The position numbers and the translations under genes are program-made. From a virus (lineage: Duplodnaviria > Caudoviricetes): a stretch of DNA of 64,000 nt. The notes under the pieces were generated by a model. The model made no database searches, was not told the origin of the DNA, and worked only from the letters and a program-made list of their open reading frames with translations. Location: IMG/VR virus record IMGVR_UViG_3300007722_000012, positions 1,484 to 65,483 of that record; one strand, given 5' to 3'. Shown here in pieces: positions 16,867-27,450 of the stretch. How positions within the stretch are numbered: position 1 is the stretch's first letter; every line of letters starts with the position of its first letter.

Positions 16867-17231
16867 ACAAGATTCTGGCTCTGGTGATTTTGAACGGTAG
16901 GAAATTTGTGGCCTGATTCGGCTGAATCTAACAAAAACATGAGGCAACAACCAGCGTGAGCGAGATGATTTTCGCCAGTTTCTGGATCAGTTTGTTCGCC
17001 CGACATGTGGGCGAAGACGTGGCGCAACATCGCGTCCATATAACGTGTCTCGGCGCCAGCTACGTGAAGCCAGTTATGATCTTCGTATTTACGACTGCCT
17101 ATTGTTAGAACTCGGGCGATAGCCAAAACGGCGTGCGGCGGCAGTAAGCCAAGACGCGGCTTGCCAGAATCGAACTTTCGTCCAATTGGCGCAGCCGCGG
17201 TTGAACTCGGGTCCGGAAGAACTCGAGTCAT
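16863..17231 (-). CDS. dATP/dGTP diphosphohydrolase-like (DUF5664) protein
   Basis: KFDSGKPRLGLLP, GSRKY..HNW, D.ETG..HLAHA.CC. Confidence 0.85.
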   Translation of the reverse strand: MTRVLPDPSSTAAAPIGRKFDSGKPRLGLLPPHAVLAIARVLTIGSRKYEDHNWLHVAGAETRYMDAMLRHVFAHMSGEQTDPETGENHLAHAGCCLMFLLDSAESGHKFPTVQNHQSQNLV

Positions 17232-17236
17232 ATGCT

Positions 17237-17449
17237 TTACTTAACGTTCATGCGCCATGCGCTGAATTTAACGCCAGCTTTGGTCGTACGCGTGTTTGCA
17301 TAGATTGTGGCACCGGCTGCACGCAATTGGCTAATTGCGGCAGATGGATTTGACAGACCGAATTTGGTCAACTGAGCAGATGTCAGTTCTTTGCCGGATT
17401 GAAGGGTCGCTAGCACACGTGCTTGCATCGATTGTTTAGCTTTAGCCAT
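17237..17449 (-). CDS. Small HTH DNA-binding protein
   Basis: L.SGKELT..Q...FGLSNP.A.IS.LR..G. Confidence 0.65.
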   Translation of the reverse strand: MAKAKQSMQARVLATLQSGKELTSAQLTKFGLSNPSAAISQLRAAGATIYANTRTTKAGVKFSAWRMNVK

Positions 17450-17580
17450 TCTATAGTTTCCTATGGTACCGAGAATAAAAAATTTTGCCAACTATCGGAG
17501 TCGCTGATTATTAATTATACCACGGTTTTTGTGGTACGAAAATAAACTCTAGTCTGTACGTTTGTACAGCCTTTTAATAG

Positions 17581-17811
17581 TTATGGGAGTTGGACTGTCG
17601 GCACGTCGCGCCATTCAACTTCGTGTGTGAAAAATTCGAGCCAGGCCTGTTGAAGTTTCTTTTCTTTCGTCGTCATAACAAAATCTTCGTCGACGTGGCG
17701 GGTGGCTATAAACTCAAACCATCGAAGCTCGCCAGAACATTTCCAGACTGGGGTATATGTGAGTCGCGAAGCACCCGAGGGTATAGGTATAACGGAGGTA
17801 TTTGAGATCAT
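17581..17811 (-). CDS. Hypothetical protein
   Basis: LQQAW...EWRDVP motif seen in small phage proteins. Confidence 0.55.
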   Translation of the reverse strand: MISNTSVIPIPSGASRLTYTPVWKCSGELRWFEFIATRHVDEDFVMTTKEKKLQQAWLEFFTHEVEWRDVPTVQLP

Positions 17812-18146
17812 TTCTTTTTCCTAATATCTAACTTTGCGAGTTCTGCCTGATAACGGATTTCCATCTCGGTATCTGGTTCCGCTTGCTCATCTACAATTTC
17901 CTCAACTGTACTGAATGGGAACTTGTAAACACCTCGAGAAATTGCGTTATTACTTATTAGCCAGAGAGGTTTGGAAACTTTAAACTGCTTTCCTTCTACC
18001 CGGCGTGCTGTAAAATTGGCGTGAATATCCTGGAGATCCTTGTAGGATAGAACACCTTTTGTTACATCAAGGATATTTGGGAAATGTTTTTCAACGAGGT
18101 TAACCCAGCGCTGTTTGGCTTTGGAAAGATCTGAATAGCTTAGCAT
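17808..18146 (-). CDS. Hypothetical protein
   Basis: 112-aa ORF translationally coupled to the ATPase. Confidence 0.7.
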   Translation of the reverse strand: MLSYSDLSKAKQRWVNLVEKHFPNILDVTKGVLSYKDLQDIHANFTARRVEGKQFKVSKPLWLISNNAISRGVYKFPFSTVEEIVDEQAEPDTEMEIRYQAELAKLDIRKKK

Positions 18147-19363
18147 TATACTGGACTCACTGGCACAGGCGCAAACGGGGTGCAGTCATAATTATCAGAT
18201 ACTGTGTCTGATTTAAGCACATATATCTTATCAAACAGGTCACGAAATGCAGCTGCCGTAAATGAATCGAATCGGTTTGTGCAGAGTTCGATTGCGAGTT
18301 TGATATCGCCGTAGATCGAATATGCAACCACGATGTGATTCAACCTACGAGTTGAAACCACGTCCTCGATACCGCCGTCGGTATAGGTTCTACGAACCGT
18401 ATCAGTCCACTTTACTAGGGCTGCAGCAAGATCTTTATCCACGCAGTTATTAGCACCCATCCAGTTAAGAACCATCTTTTGTTCCTCGGTTGGTGATGGA
18501 AATTTCTGTTCGAATGTGCAACCGAACCGCTCCAGAAAAGCTGTATTCTGGAGATTAGTGCCGAGATATTTGCCGTCATCGGTACCCATACCCTTGGTGT
18601 TGCCGATACCCACGATATTAAAACCTGGGGCGGGCGTGATGTACTCACCCGTAAGAGGGAAGAAGTATGGGCGACCTTCTGCGATACACTGAAGCACTAG
18701 CGCAAGACGAGTATCAAGAGCATCAACTTCTTCTAAGACGATCAGGGCGCCTGTGCGCATGGCTACAAGTAGAGGGCCTTCAACAACTTTGATATTTCCA
18801 TCTTCCAGAGTTTTCGAGCCGATTAACTTTTCTTCGTCCGACTGAACTGAGCAGTTGATACGAAGCATGGGAATTTTGTTCTTGGCGCAGATGTTGATCA
18901 CCATGGATGATTTGCCATTGCCCGTGGGCCCCGTGATGTAGACTGGGAAGAACTTGCGTGATGCAATAATTTTTTCCGCATTTTTATAGGTGCCGAACGG
19001 GACGTAGCCGGGTTCAAGTTTTGGCACTACTGCCACGACTTCTGTTGCTTTTGCAACCGGTTTTTCGGCCAAGGAAATCGTAGTGAAAGTTGCGGTTTGT
19101 TCTACAGGGGCTTGAATGGGAAACTTGGCCAGTTTTTTGCCGATGCGAGGGGTTGCAATCGGGGCGCCGTGCCCGGTAAATTTGTAGATGCCGTGGCGAA
19201 CCTTAACCGACATTGCGATTAGTTCGTTCTGCATTTTTGGGTCGGGAATACCAAGGCGAGCGCATGCATTGCGCACATCCTGGCGATCATAAACGCCCTC
19301 GGTTTTAAAGCCCATGGCATTTTCTTGCATAAGCGCGATGACGTTTTCAATGGGAAGATTCAT
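18146..19363 (-). CDS. MoxR/CobS-like AAA+ ATPase
   Basis: GPTGNGKS, NTKGMG, AFLERF, STRRL. Confidence 0.9.
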   Translation of the reverse strand: MNLPIENVIALMQENAMGFKTEGVYDRQDVRNACARLGIPDPKMQNELIAMSVKVRHGIYKFTGHGAPIATPRIGKKLAKFPIQAPVEQTATFTTISLAEKPVAKATEVVAVVPKLEPGYVPFGTYKNAEKIIASRKFFPVYITGPTGNGKSSMVINICAKNKIPMLRINCSVQSDEEKLIGSKTLEDGNIKVVEGPLLVAMRTGALIVLEEVDALDTRLALVLQCIAEGRPYFFPLTGEYITPAPGFNIVGIGNTKGMGTDDGKYLGTNLQNTAFLERFGCTFEQKFPSPTEEQKMVLNWMGANNCVDKDLAAALVKWTDTVRRTYTDGGIEDVVSTRRLNHIVVAYSIYGDIKLAIELCTNRFDSFTAAAFRDLFDKIYVLKSDTVSDNYDCTPFAPVPVSPV

Positions 19364-19421
19364 TATGAGCCTCAGTTAGTATGAATTTATTATAACACAA
19401 CTTGCAATAAAAGTAAAAACT

Positions 19422-21581
19422 CTATGCAATCTCTGTAATAAAAGTATTAGCCACGAATCTAGAAGCCTTCGTCTTTAGAGAATTACCTGATGCAGCTTTT
19501 GCCATCTGGGCTGCAGTCATTGTGCGGGATACCCGGTCGAATACCTCGGAATAGCCAGGGCCTTCTTGGGGAAGGATGAAGAACTGATGATAACCAGGTA
19601 GATTGTAACTTGCGTAGCCCTGTTTTTTCAATTGAGATTTAACGACTTTGACTTCCGACTTAAACCTGTCCCAATACTGTTCTTTTTGTTTGTAATATCG
19701 CAAAGCCGCAGTAAGAGAGCGGAGCGACTCTGGAGCGATAAAGAAACCGATAATTTTAACATCTGGATGATCATTGCGGATCACTGTGATAAGTTTTTTC
19801 TGAAGTTCGTTGCGATTATCTTGATGATTCGAGCCTAGAGATATGGGATAGAACCGATTGGTGATTGTGCTGTTCAAAAAGATTTTAAAAGCATATAGAT
19901 TTATATCTTCATTATAGTTAGCAACAACCTCCGTATCAGTAGCCCCGCCGTCCGTGAGAATAATCAATGTCGTTTTTTGAACATTGTATTTTGCTTTAAA
20001 CTCTGTAAGATATGCATTGACGAATAACAGTGCCTCGATGAGTGGCGTTGTGCCCATCTTATATTTCTGCTTGATTTTATCATTTGTCTGCGACTTCAGG
20101 ATAGCAAGATTATCATATAGAACTACTGAGATGAGATCCATATCGATCCGCTTCATTCCGCTTTTGTAAAACTGGAGCATAGAAATTTTGTCGGAGTTGT
20201 ACATGAATAATTCATTATCTTTGCGCTTGGCAAAAATGTTCCTGGATACCTCGGTTGCGGCAATACCGTCCGCCATAGTGTATAATTGGGGTCTATCCGA
20301 AAAGGCTAGAACTTCAAATTTTATATCAACCGCTGTACAGAACGAGACCAGAGTAATAATCTGTGCCATGACATTCTTGAAATCATAAAGCATCGAACCA
20401 GAATAGTCCAATAGCATAATGAAGCCGTGAGAAGTCTCGTTGACTTCTATCTTGTACTGTTTGAATATTTCTGTGGCGATCTTATATTTGTGGATTTTCG
20501 ACATGTTCAACACGCCGGATTCTCCAACTGCAGTTCTCCGCAATTTTATAGCAGCCTTCTTCATCTCGAAGGTTTGAACCATGTGCGATACAAGTTTAGA
20601 ATTTATCTCACGGAATTTGCGATAGCCTTCGGACTGCCGTTTTTCCAGTTTACGAAAGTCATCTAGAATTTCAGACACCGGAATTAACTTCACGGATTGC
20701 GCCAATTTTGTCTTGATGTTGTAGATTTTGGAGCCAAGCGTGGCTGCCGTATGTCCAAGACTCTCATCGAAATTATCTTGGGTTTCGGAGTCGAGATAGT
20801 CGGCAGATTTATCGGCCTGAACTTCATCCTCTTCAGATTCATCTTCCTCTTCAGATTCTTCATCTGATGGCTCGGAAGATTCATTTTCTTCCTCTCCCTC
20901 TTCAGATTCATCGTCCTCACCCTCATCCTCTTCCTCTTCTTCTGGGATTTGTTCGTCGTCTTCGTCTTTTGGTGGCGGTAGTGGCTTATCTTTGCGCTTT
21001 TCCTCAGGTTTTGGCTTAGGCGCATTAGCTTTAGCGTAATCGTAGATTGCTTGAGCGATCTCAACTGCATCATCTTCAGTTACAACTTCAGTCAAGACGT
21101 TTAAGAAGCCTTCTTCGACTGCGTTAAATTTCAAGTTGATCTGACGACCGAGTTTGAAGTGCATGTTGATGCGGTCGATAAGATTCAGTTTCGAAGTATC
21201 GCGGCCCGAGAGTTTGAAGAAGTCAGCTGCGTGAAACTCTGTGTAACCAAGATGGAAGTCACGCCGGAGACCGGGAAACTTTTCCTTCATCAGACGCTCA
21301 ATACGAGCATCCTCGCAAACATTCAGATAATGACGGAATTTTGGGCGAGTTTTATCGAACGCGTTATTGACATATTTTTCAGTCGTAAAGAGAGCATGCC
21401 CCGTCTCATGACCAATCAACAAAGTTTCTTGAACATGAGAAATGTTTTCCCATAGTGGGAGTATCAAAGTTCTATCTTTGATACCGAATGAGGGGGTTGC
21501 ACACCGTTGGCGAACAATTTGGATGTTCTCTGCGGCAAGCAATCTGCCGAGCAGATCAAGAGCAGTGTTTTCTGTATTCAT
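19422..21581 (-). CDS. CobT-like metallopeptidase/vWA protein
   Basis: HETGH, EDARIE, acidic linker, MIDAS DYSGSM, LTDG. Confidence 0.88.
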   Translation of the reverse strand: MNTENTALDLLGRLLAAENIQIVRQRCATPSFGIKDRTLILPLWENISHVQETLLIGHETGHALFTTEKYVNNAFDKTRPKFRHYLNVCEDARIERLMKEKFPGLRRDFHLGYTEFHAADFFKLSGRDTSKLNLIDRINMHFKLGRQINLKFNAVEEGFLNVLTEVVTEDDAVEIAQAIYDYAKANAPKPKPEEKRKDKPLPPPKDEDDEQIPEEEEEDEGEDDESEEGEEENESSEPSDEESEEEDESEEDEVQADKSADYLDSETQDNFDESLGHTAATLGSKIYNIKTKLAQSVKLIPVSEILDDFRKLEKRQSEGYRKFREINSKLVSHMVQTFEMKKAAIKLRRTAVGESGVLNMSKIHKYKIATEIFKQYKIEVNETSHGFIMLLDYSGSMLYDFKNVMAQIITLVSFCTAVDIKFEVLAFSDRPQLYTMADGIAATEVSRNIFAKRKDNELFMYNSDKISMLQFYKSGMKRIDMDLISVVLYDNLAILKSQTNDKIKQKYKMGTTPLIEALLFVNAYLTEFKAKYNVQKTTLIILTDGGATDTEVVANYNEDINLYAFKIFLNSTITNRFYPISLGSNHQDNRNELQKKLITVIRNDHPDVKIIGFFIAPESLRSLTAALRYYKQKEQYWDRFKSEVKVVKSQLKKQGYASYNLPGYHQFFILPQEGPGYSEVFDRVSRTMTAAQMAKAASGNSLKTKASRFVANTFITEIA

Positions 21582-21616
21582 GAGTTTATTATAACACACT
21601 CATGAATAAAAGTAAA

Positions 21617-21883
21617 CTAGGTTACATCAGTTACATTGATAGCTGTTGCTCCGTCAGAATCTTTTTCAAACTCGACTACGCAGTTGTTAACGGTTTCATC
21701 GAATGCTGGTGATTCATCGAAATCTCCTATTAGTTCATAGGCGGCTTCTCGAAATCGATCATCACTACCAAGAATGACGTGCTGTACGAGAGCATGAATG
21801 AGTTCCAGCTTTGAACTCGAAAGCCCATCGAATGTGTAGGTACCCTTAGCACTGAGATATTTGATTTTAGCCATGATTATCAA
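21617..21883 (-). CDS. Hypothetical protein
   Basis: 88-aa ORF. Confidence 0.6.
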   Translation of the reverse strand: MIIMAKIKYLSAKGTYTFDGLSSSKLELIHALVQHVILGSDDRFREAAYELIGDFDESPAFDETVNNCVVEFEKDSDGATAINVTDVT

Positions 21884-22025
21884 CTTCGTCCGGGATGGAA
21901 TCTTCCACCAAAGCAGCTTTCATCATCGCCATAGCTTTTTGGAGTGAGGTAGTAATAACATCACTCGATGGCAGGTGAACCAAATAGCCACCCTCGTGTT
22001 TTTCAATCGAAACATAAACTGTCAT
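21867..22025 (-). CDS. Hypothetical 52-aa protein
   Basis: SD AAGGAG, then MTVYVSIEKHEGGYLVHL... Confidence 0.6.
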   Translation of the reverse strand: MTVYVSIEKHEGGYLVHLPSSDVITTSLQKAMAMMKAALVEDSIPDEVDNHG

Positions 22026-22079
22026 AAACTCTCCTTAAAAATCAATTATAATACATGAACCTGAATACAGAAATAAACT

Positions 22080-23774
22080 TTACTGAATTTCCATTACTGA
22101 GAAGTCGTTCTTTTTGATAACGTGGATCACTTGATCGTACATGTCGGTGGCTGGCGAATTATGGCTAATAACAAAGATATTTCCTCCATCCAATTGGGAT
22201 AGAATATTTACGAAAGATTCCTTGGCATTTAGATCTAAATGTTGGTCGCCGACCTCGTCTAGAAATAATAAATTAACTGAGGCACTGTTCTTCAGTTCCG
22301 TAATCTGACGGAACGCGAACAAGATACTCAAGTCGATTTTTGTTTTCTCGCCCTCTGAGAAGGAGTTGTAACTGAAATCATCGCGCCCGCGGGATAGGAT
22401 ACTCTCATTAAAACCCTCATCCAAAGTAAAATTTATGAAGAAGCCGAATTCGGCTAGGTACTTGTTAATCAGCCGATTGAGAATAGGGGTATACTCGCGG
22501 ATAATCGCCGACTTGATACCAGTATCCTTCAGGAGCCCAGCAACTACTTCTTGAATGGATTTTTCGGTTAATAGTTCTTTTTTGCGGGCGATGAACCCCA
22601 AAGCGACTTCAGCTGCATTCTTGAGCTTGATTTTTTCGTCCTCTAAACCGGATGTATCTTGCTCCAAAACATTTATACTTTCTGTGATAGTAATCGACTC
22701 GAGCTTGGATTTTTTTATCTCAAGCTTCGTGTGGTCGTTTTCCATCGTGTGGGATTTGATATCGTCATCGAGAGCAGCGTTGTGAGATGTAACAGATGAA
22801 TACACATCCTGCTTGAGGCGCAACTTTAGAAGTTTTTCTAAGCCGTTAGCAATTTTCTCAGCCGTCAGTTTCTTTGTAATTTTCTTGTGATCGTCTGTTA
22901 CGCACTGAAGGCAGGTTGGGCATGATTCGAGGTTGCCTATCGCAATTAAACTTTTTGCTAAACGATCATTTGAATCTTCAAGCAAAAAGATTTCACGAGA
23001 ATAATCTGGGACGGCTTCGCGCTTTCTATCATTTAGTTCAACTATTTTATCTTTATAATCACTAATTACCCACTCTAGTTTCGCAGTGGTAGCATTGATC
23101 GTATCTCGTTGCGATTCTAGCGAAGTTACTTTATCCTGATGGTGCTCTTCCATCAGCTTGATAATTTTGATCTGATTTTGGGTATCGACTTTTGCGGCGT
23201 CAAGTTTTGTAGTTACATCAAGCAGCGTGGCTCGGCATTCGAGAATTCGCGCTTTCAGCAGAACATTCATCTCCGAGAAGATGGCGATATCTAGAACGTC
23301 TTCGATTACGTCTCGACGCTGGCCAGCGGGTAACTGCATGAACGGGGTAAAGCCCGCGGTGCCTATAAGAACAACCTGGCAAAACGTTTTGTAGTTAATT
23401 TTCAGAATAACATTTTCAAGATAAGCTTGGTAATCTCTTGTGGCAGCTTCTTGATCAAGCAATTTACCATCTTGATAGATTTCAAAAATACCTGGTTTCA
23501 TCCCCCGAATAACTTTGTATTCTATCGACCCAATATTAAACTCGATAGTCGTTAGCATTCCCTTTTGGTTAATAGAGTTAACCAATTGTGGAAGCTTAAT
23601 GTTTCTATAGGGTTTGCCAAATAGTGCATAACAGACGGAATCAACCCATACGCTTTTGCCACTTCCCGATGAACTTGCTATAAGCGTGTTTTTATACTCG
23701 TTAAGTTTGAGGGGGGTTGGCGCGTTGCCGTAGCTCAGAAAATTGCGGATCGAAATCGAAGTGAGATTTATCAT
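22080..23774 (-). CDS. 46: Recombination endonuclease ATPase subunit gp46 (SbcC-like)
   Basis: NFLSYGN, GSGKS, CPTC hook, FSEGEK, LDE, ISH. Confidence 0.95.
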   Translation of the reverse strand: MINLTSISIRNFLSYGNAPTPLKLNEYKNTLIASSSGSGKSVWVDSVCYALFGKPYRNIKLPQLVNSINQKGMLTTIEFNIGSIEYKVIRGMKPGIFEIYQDGKLLDQEAATRDYQAYLENVILKINYKTFCQVVLIGTAGFTPFMQLPAGQRRDVIEDVLDIAIFSEMNVLLKARILECRATLLDVTTKLDAAKVDTQNQIKIIKLMEEHHQDKVTSLESQRDTINATTAKLEWVISDYKDKIVELNDRKREAVPDYSREIFLLEDSNDRLAKSLIAIGNLESCPTCLQCVTDDHKKITKKLTAEKIANGLEKLLKLRLKQDVYSSVTSHNAALDDDIKSHTMENDHTKLEIKKSKLESITITESINVLEQDTSGLEDEKIKLKNAAEVALGFIARKKELLTEKSIQEVVAGLLKDTGIKSAIIREYTPILNRLINKYLAEFGFFINFTLDEGFNESILSRGRDDFSYNSFSEGEKTKIDLSILFAFRQITELKNSASVNLLFLDEVGDQHLDLNAKESFVNILSQLDGGNIFVISHNSPATDMYDQVIHVIKKNDFSVMEIQ

Positions 23775-24826
23775 TGGGTGTTAATTGCTTCCAAATAGAG
23801 CGAAGTAACATATGCTTTGACTGCAGTTTTATCCACTGAGATATTCATCCCATCTATATATTGAGAAATGATTGTGCTCGTATCTTGTAACTCGATTGAC
23901 GAATCTATTTCACCCCCACTCAAATCTTCTTGCGGTTCTATAATTTGTAGATCGTACGGATCGGCAAGCTTGAGGGAGTTGAGAAAGTTGTCGAAGTCGA
24001 GAAGATTCTTTTTTGATTCAACGATTAGCTTAACATATTTACCTGTAACCGACTTTGGGTTTGTATAGCACCCATCTTTATACCTGAGCTTTATGAACAT
24101 GAAGTCCGGATTTGGAATGTATGTATACTGCAGTGTCTCGGTATCGAGAACCGTGAAGCCCCTCTGATCGCCTGAATCACCCCAATTCAGTTCATACGGG
24201 GTACCGACGTAGTTAATGCGATTGCCATCTAGAAACGAACGGGTGTGGTAATGGCCCGACAATACAGACGAATATCGGTCGAACTTTGACACATCGATGC
24301 CGCCGTGACCTGGAATGCCTCGTTGCATCATAGCTCCCGCGATCTCCAGATGACCTATGAGAACATCACCAATATTCTTACGATTCAGGAATTCATCTAC
24401 TTCAGCTTGATTCTCTGTACATATCCACGGGAGCATATCTATTGTAGTGCTGCCGAACTTAACGGGTGTTGGGTGATCGTAGGCGATAACTGTGCCGTCT
24501 TGAATATACTCTTGGAGAAGTAGAGAAATGGTATTATAGCGAAGCGATTCACGGAGTGTGATATCATGGTTGCCAACGAGTGTGTGCATAACAAAGTTAC
24601 GTTGGCGCATCACATCGAAAATACCGGGCTTGATAAGATGATGCGACTTCAGATGGAGCTGTGTTCTGTGATCGAAAAGATCACCAGTCTGAATAATCGT
24701 ACTTATACCATGCTCTTCCATATACGGAAATAGAAGCTCGTTAAAGAACTTGATTTGGAACTTAGCGAACATTGAACTACCGGAGCGTATCCCAAAGTGG
24801 GTATCCCCCACGATCACTACCCGCAT
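23771..24826 (-). CDS. 47: Recombination endonuclease nuclease subunit gp47 (SbcD-like)
   Basis: GDTHFG, GDLFD, GNHD, SGHYH. Confidence 0.95.
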   Translation of the reverse strand: MRVVIVGDTHFGIRSGSSMFAKFQIKFFNELLFPYMEEHGISTIIQTGDLFDHRTQLHLKSHHLIKPGIFDVMRQRNFVMHTLVGNHDITLRESLRYNTISLLLQEYIQDGTVIAYDHPTPVKFGSTTIDMLPWICTENQAEVDEFLNRKNIGDVLIGHLEIAGAMMQRGIPGHGGIDVSKFDRYSSVLSGHYHTRSFLDGNRINYVGTPYELNWGDSGDQRGFTVLDTETLQYTYIPNPDFMFIKLRYKDGCYTNPKSVTGKYVKLIVESKKNLLDFDNFLNSLKLADPYDLQIIEPQEDLSGGEIDSSIELQDTSTIISQYIDGMNISVDKTAVKAYVTSLYLEAINTQ

Positions 24827-25404
24827 CAGGTAAATGCCTCTAGCGCACCTGGTTTCTCGGGTTTCTCGGGCTTTTTGGGCATCATTGCTTCCACCTCAGC
24901 GGTACCAAGGCCATATATAAATTCATTAAGATTAATAAGGAACTCACCGGAATCTTCATCCTGTGTGGCGAACGACTCTAAGTCGGCGGAATATACAAGA
25001 GCGCGTTTGATTCTAGTTTGCTTGGCCTCAATCTTGATGCGATTGATAAATGCAAAATGGATGGCCTGAGAAAAGTAACTTAGGGGAGAAGTAGAAAGGC
25101 CTGTTTCAGCGTTGCGACGATCTGGATCATACGACCGAACGTACTTTAGGCATACCATCACCCCATCACCAATCATTTCGTTAATAAAGCTGTATCCGCG
25201 GAAGTTATGCTTCATTGCTATACCCTGGGCGATGCGGAAAAAGCAGGCGCCTAGATAATCATTAACTCCAGGGGTTTCTAGCCCTGCGGCAAGTGCGAGA
25301 TCGCACTGTTCTTTATAGGCAATTAATGCGGAATGCATTTCGTTTTTCGATAGATAGTGCTTTGGGTTGGAGGAATCAACCGGCGGTTTGAGAGTTTGTT
25401 GCAT
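24826..25404 (-). CDS. 55: Late sigma factor gp55
   Basis: YLG.CF..IA, NF.GY...EMIGDG, SYFSQ...AF..RI..E. Confidence 0.93.
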   Translation of the reverse strand: MQQTLKPPVDSSNPKHYLSKNEMHSALIAYKEQCDLALAAGLETPGVNDYLGACFFRIAQGIAMKHNFRGYSFINEMIGDGVMVCLKYVRSYDPDRRNAETGLSTSPLSYFSQAIHFAFINRIKIEAKQTRIKRALVYSADLESFATQDEDSGEFLINLNEFIYGLGTAEVEAMMPKKPEKPEKPGALEAFT

Positions 25405-25469
25405 AATATTATTTTAGTGATTATAATTCATTATAACACACAACCCAACATGCGAAAATAAATACCAAA

Positions 25470-25602
25470 GTTTATTTTAGCTTCTAAGAAAGGATGGTAT
25501 AATATATTATGTTCCCGGTTGGTAGTTGCTGTTGGTAGGTTGATGCCTGCTTACTACCTTACTGGATATTCTCGCAGCGAGGCCGCTAGGCCTATGATAG
25601 CT
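25470..25602 (+). repeat. Duplicated promoter + non-coding element, copy 1
   Basis: Near-identical to 61233-61373; begins with GTTTAT-N22-TATAAT. Confidence 0.9.
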
Positions 25603-25617
25603 TAAAGCTAGCTGAGA

Positions 25618-25896
25618 TTATGTTCTCAGTGAAGCCATATCTATAGTTCCACTACAGGTGGTGGTATCCGATGGCCACGATGCTGTTTCTAACCACGCCA
25701 GCGGCCGATACTGGCTATCGCGAATCCCAACCCCAGATGGATAGAGAATTGAAGTTGGGCCAACAATCATATTCAGAGAATTTAAAAGATTTCTTGCTTC
25801 TTCTATGCTGATTGTAAACTCACGCCCCTGAATCTTTATAGTTATTTTGGATGTAACTTCTATGGGATGGGGTTCTAGATATTCAGATGATTTCAT
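25618..25896 (-). CDS. Hypothetical protein
   Basis: SD AAAGGA; 92 aa. Confidence 0.6.
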   Translation of the reverse strand: MKSSEYLEPHPIEVTSKITIKIQGREFTISIEEARNLLNSLNMIVGPTSILYPSGVGIRDSQYRPLAWLETASWPSDTTTCSGTIDMASLRT

Positions 25897-25994
25897 AATG
25901 TAAGTTCCTTTGTATTAGTTATATAAATATACTTGTGTCACCCACAGGACTACGAATCCTCGGCGACTCTAGTCAAACCTTATTAGGAGTCTTT

Positions 25995-26585
25995 ATGACC
26001 AGCAAACTTATTTATTACGTTTACGCCTATCTTCGTTCAAAAGATAGCAAAACCGCCAAAGCTGGTACACCTTATTATATCGGCAAAGGTATGGGTAGAC
26101 GAGCTTATAATAAGCATGGTCATATACCTTCACCAAAGGAAAAATCTAATATTGTATTTCTAGAAGTTGGGTTGACTGAGTCAGATTCTTTCATCCTTGA
26201 GATTGCTTTTATAGTTTTATACGGTAGAAAGGATCTTAAGACTGGCATTTTACTTAATGCAACTGATGGTGGTGAAGGCGCCAGAGGCGCCATTAGATCT
26301 ATTGCTACTAGATCAAAAATATCTTATATTCATCTTGGGAAACAAAAAGGCCATCAATCAACAGAACACCGGGCTGCAATATCTGCTGTAAAACTAGGTG
26401 TATCAAGAAAACCTTTCTCTGATGTACATCGAGCAGCATTGGGGCGAAATGATCAAGGCCGGCCATGCACAATTGACCAAATTGTCGTATATAAGTCTCG
26501 AAAAGATTTGATTAATGCCCTTGGGAGCGGCAGATTCGGCTTAAAACATCCTTCTTTTAGATATCTAACGATTCAGGGAAATTGA
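25995..26585 (+). mobile_element. Free-standing GIY-YIG-type (Seg-like) homing endonuclease
   Basis: YYVYAY...PYYIGKG, LLNATDGGEG, NUMOD3-like tail; own late promoter and SD AGGAG. Confidence 0.85.
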
Positions 26586-27093
26586 TTGCTTTGAATTTTT
26601 TGCGACGATTTAAAGTGCCAAGCTTTTTCTCGAATGTAGCAACACCAGCGCCCGTAGCATTGGCGGGCGCATCTTCATCGATTGGGTTGAAGCGACATTC
26701 CTCTTCATCTATCCGATAAAGTTCATCCAATATTCCATTAAATTCAGGGCAGTCGGCTTCGCAGAGTTCATTGAATCGTGTAATGCACTGTTCGTTTAGT
26801 TCAGCTTCAGACCAGTTATTTTCTACAGCTTCACGCATCAAGAGATATGCCGCAACGGCAGAACCGATTTTTGTGGAGCCGCCTGGTATAAGCGAAATCA
26901 TTCTCTTCAAGTTCCAAACGAGACGATGCAACATGGATGTTGAATTTTTCTCATCCGATGTTACAGCCTTGCGAACAGTCTTACCCGAGCTATCCAGTAA
27001 ACCAAGTTTGAATGCAGACGTGCTCTCAATTGGAGTGATAAGCAAATATACCACGCGCAACGCGGCTATCGTATCTAATATCGTGGCTGCCAT
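26557..27093 (-). CDS. Conserved T4-like hypothetical protein
   Basis: AFKLGLLD..G, HRLV.NLKR, EDAPAN. Confidence 0.75.
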   Translation of the reverse strand: MAATILDTIAALRVVYLLITPIESTSAFKLGLLDSSGKTVRKAVTSDEKNSTSMLHRLVWNLKRMISLIPGGSTKIGSAVAAYLLMREAVENNWSEAELNEQCITRFNELCEADCPEFNGILDELYRIDEEECRFNPIDEDAPANATGAGVATFEKKLGTLNRRKKFKAINFPESLDI

Positions 27094-27447
27094 TTATATT
27101 TTTCCCAACTGTATAATAGTATTTTCATCAAGTTCGATGTCATATCTATTGATAATTTCAATCGGAAGTCGGTTCAAGTATAACAAAAACGGAAATAACA
27201 CTGGATAAAGTTCCACTGGCAGTTTAAAGATGATAAGCTCGGTTGCGTTTTTACCAAACACATTGAAGAGCACTATCAGATTATTCAAAACCAACCTGTA
27301 AGAAGGTGTTTCCGGAAGCTTATCAATAAGCTTCTTTATCCCCATTATACGACCAAGATCAGAGTTGAATTCCTCTAGCGAAACACACTGCACATTGCTA
27401 TATGAGTGTAACGCTAGATGAAGGAACTCAGATTCCGAAGTTAGCAT
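27094..27447 (-). CDS. Conserved T4-like hypothetical protein
   Basis: Y.N.QC...EEF..DL, RLVLN.LIVL.NVFG. Confidence 0.75.
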   Translation of the reverse strand: MLTSESEFLHLALHSYSNVQCVSLEEFNSDLGRIMGIKKLIDKLPETPSYRLVLNNLIVLFNVFGKNATELIIFKLPVELYPVLFPFLLYLNRLPIEIINRYDIELDENTIIQLGKI

Positions 27448-27450
27448 CTA

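Noticed and set aside
20820-21020. Low-complexity TCT/TCA repeat
   Set aside because: It encodes the acidic linker typical of CobT-like vWA proteins.
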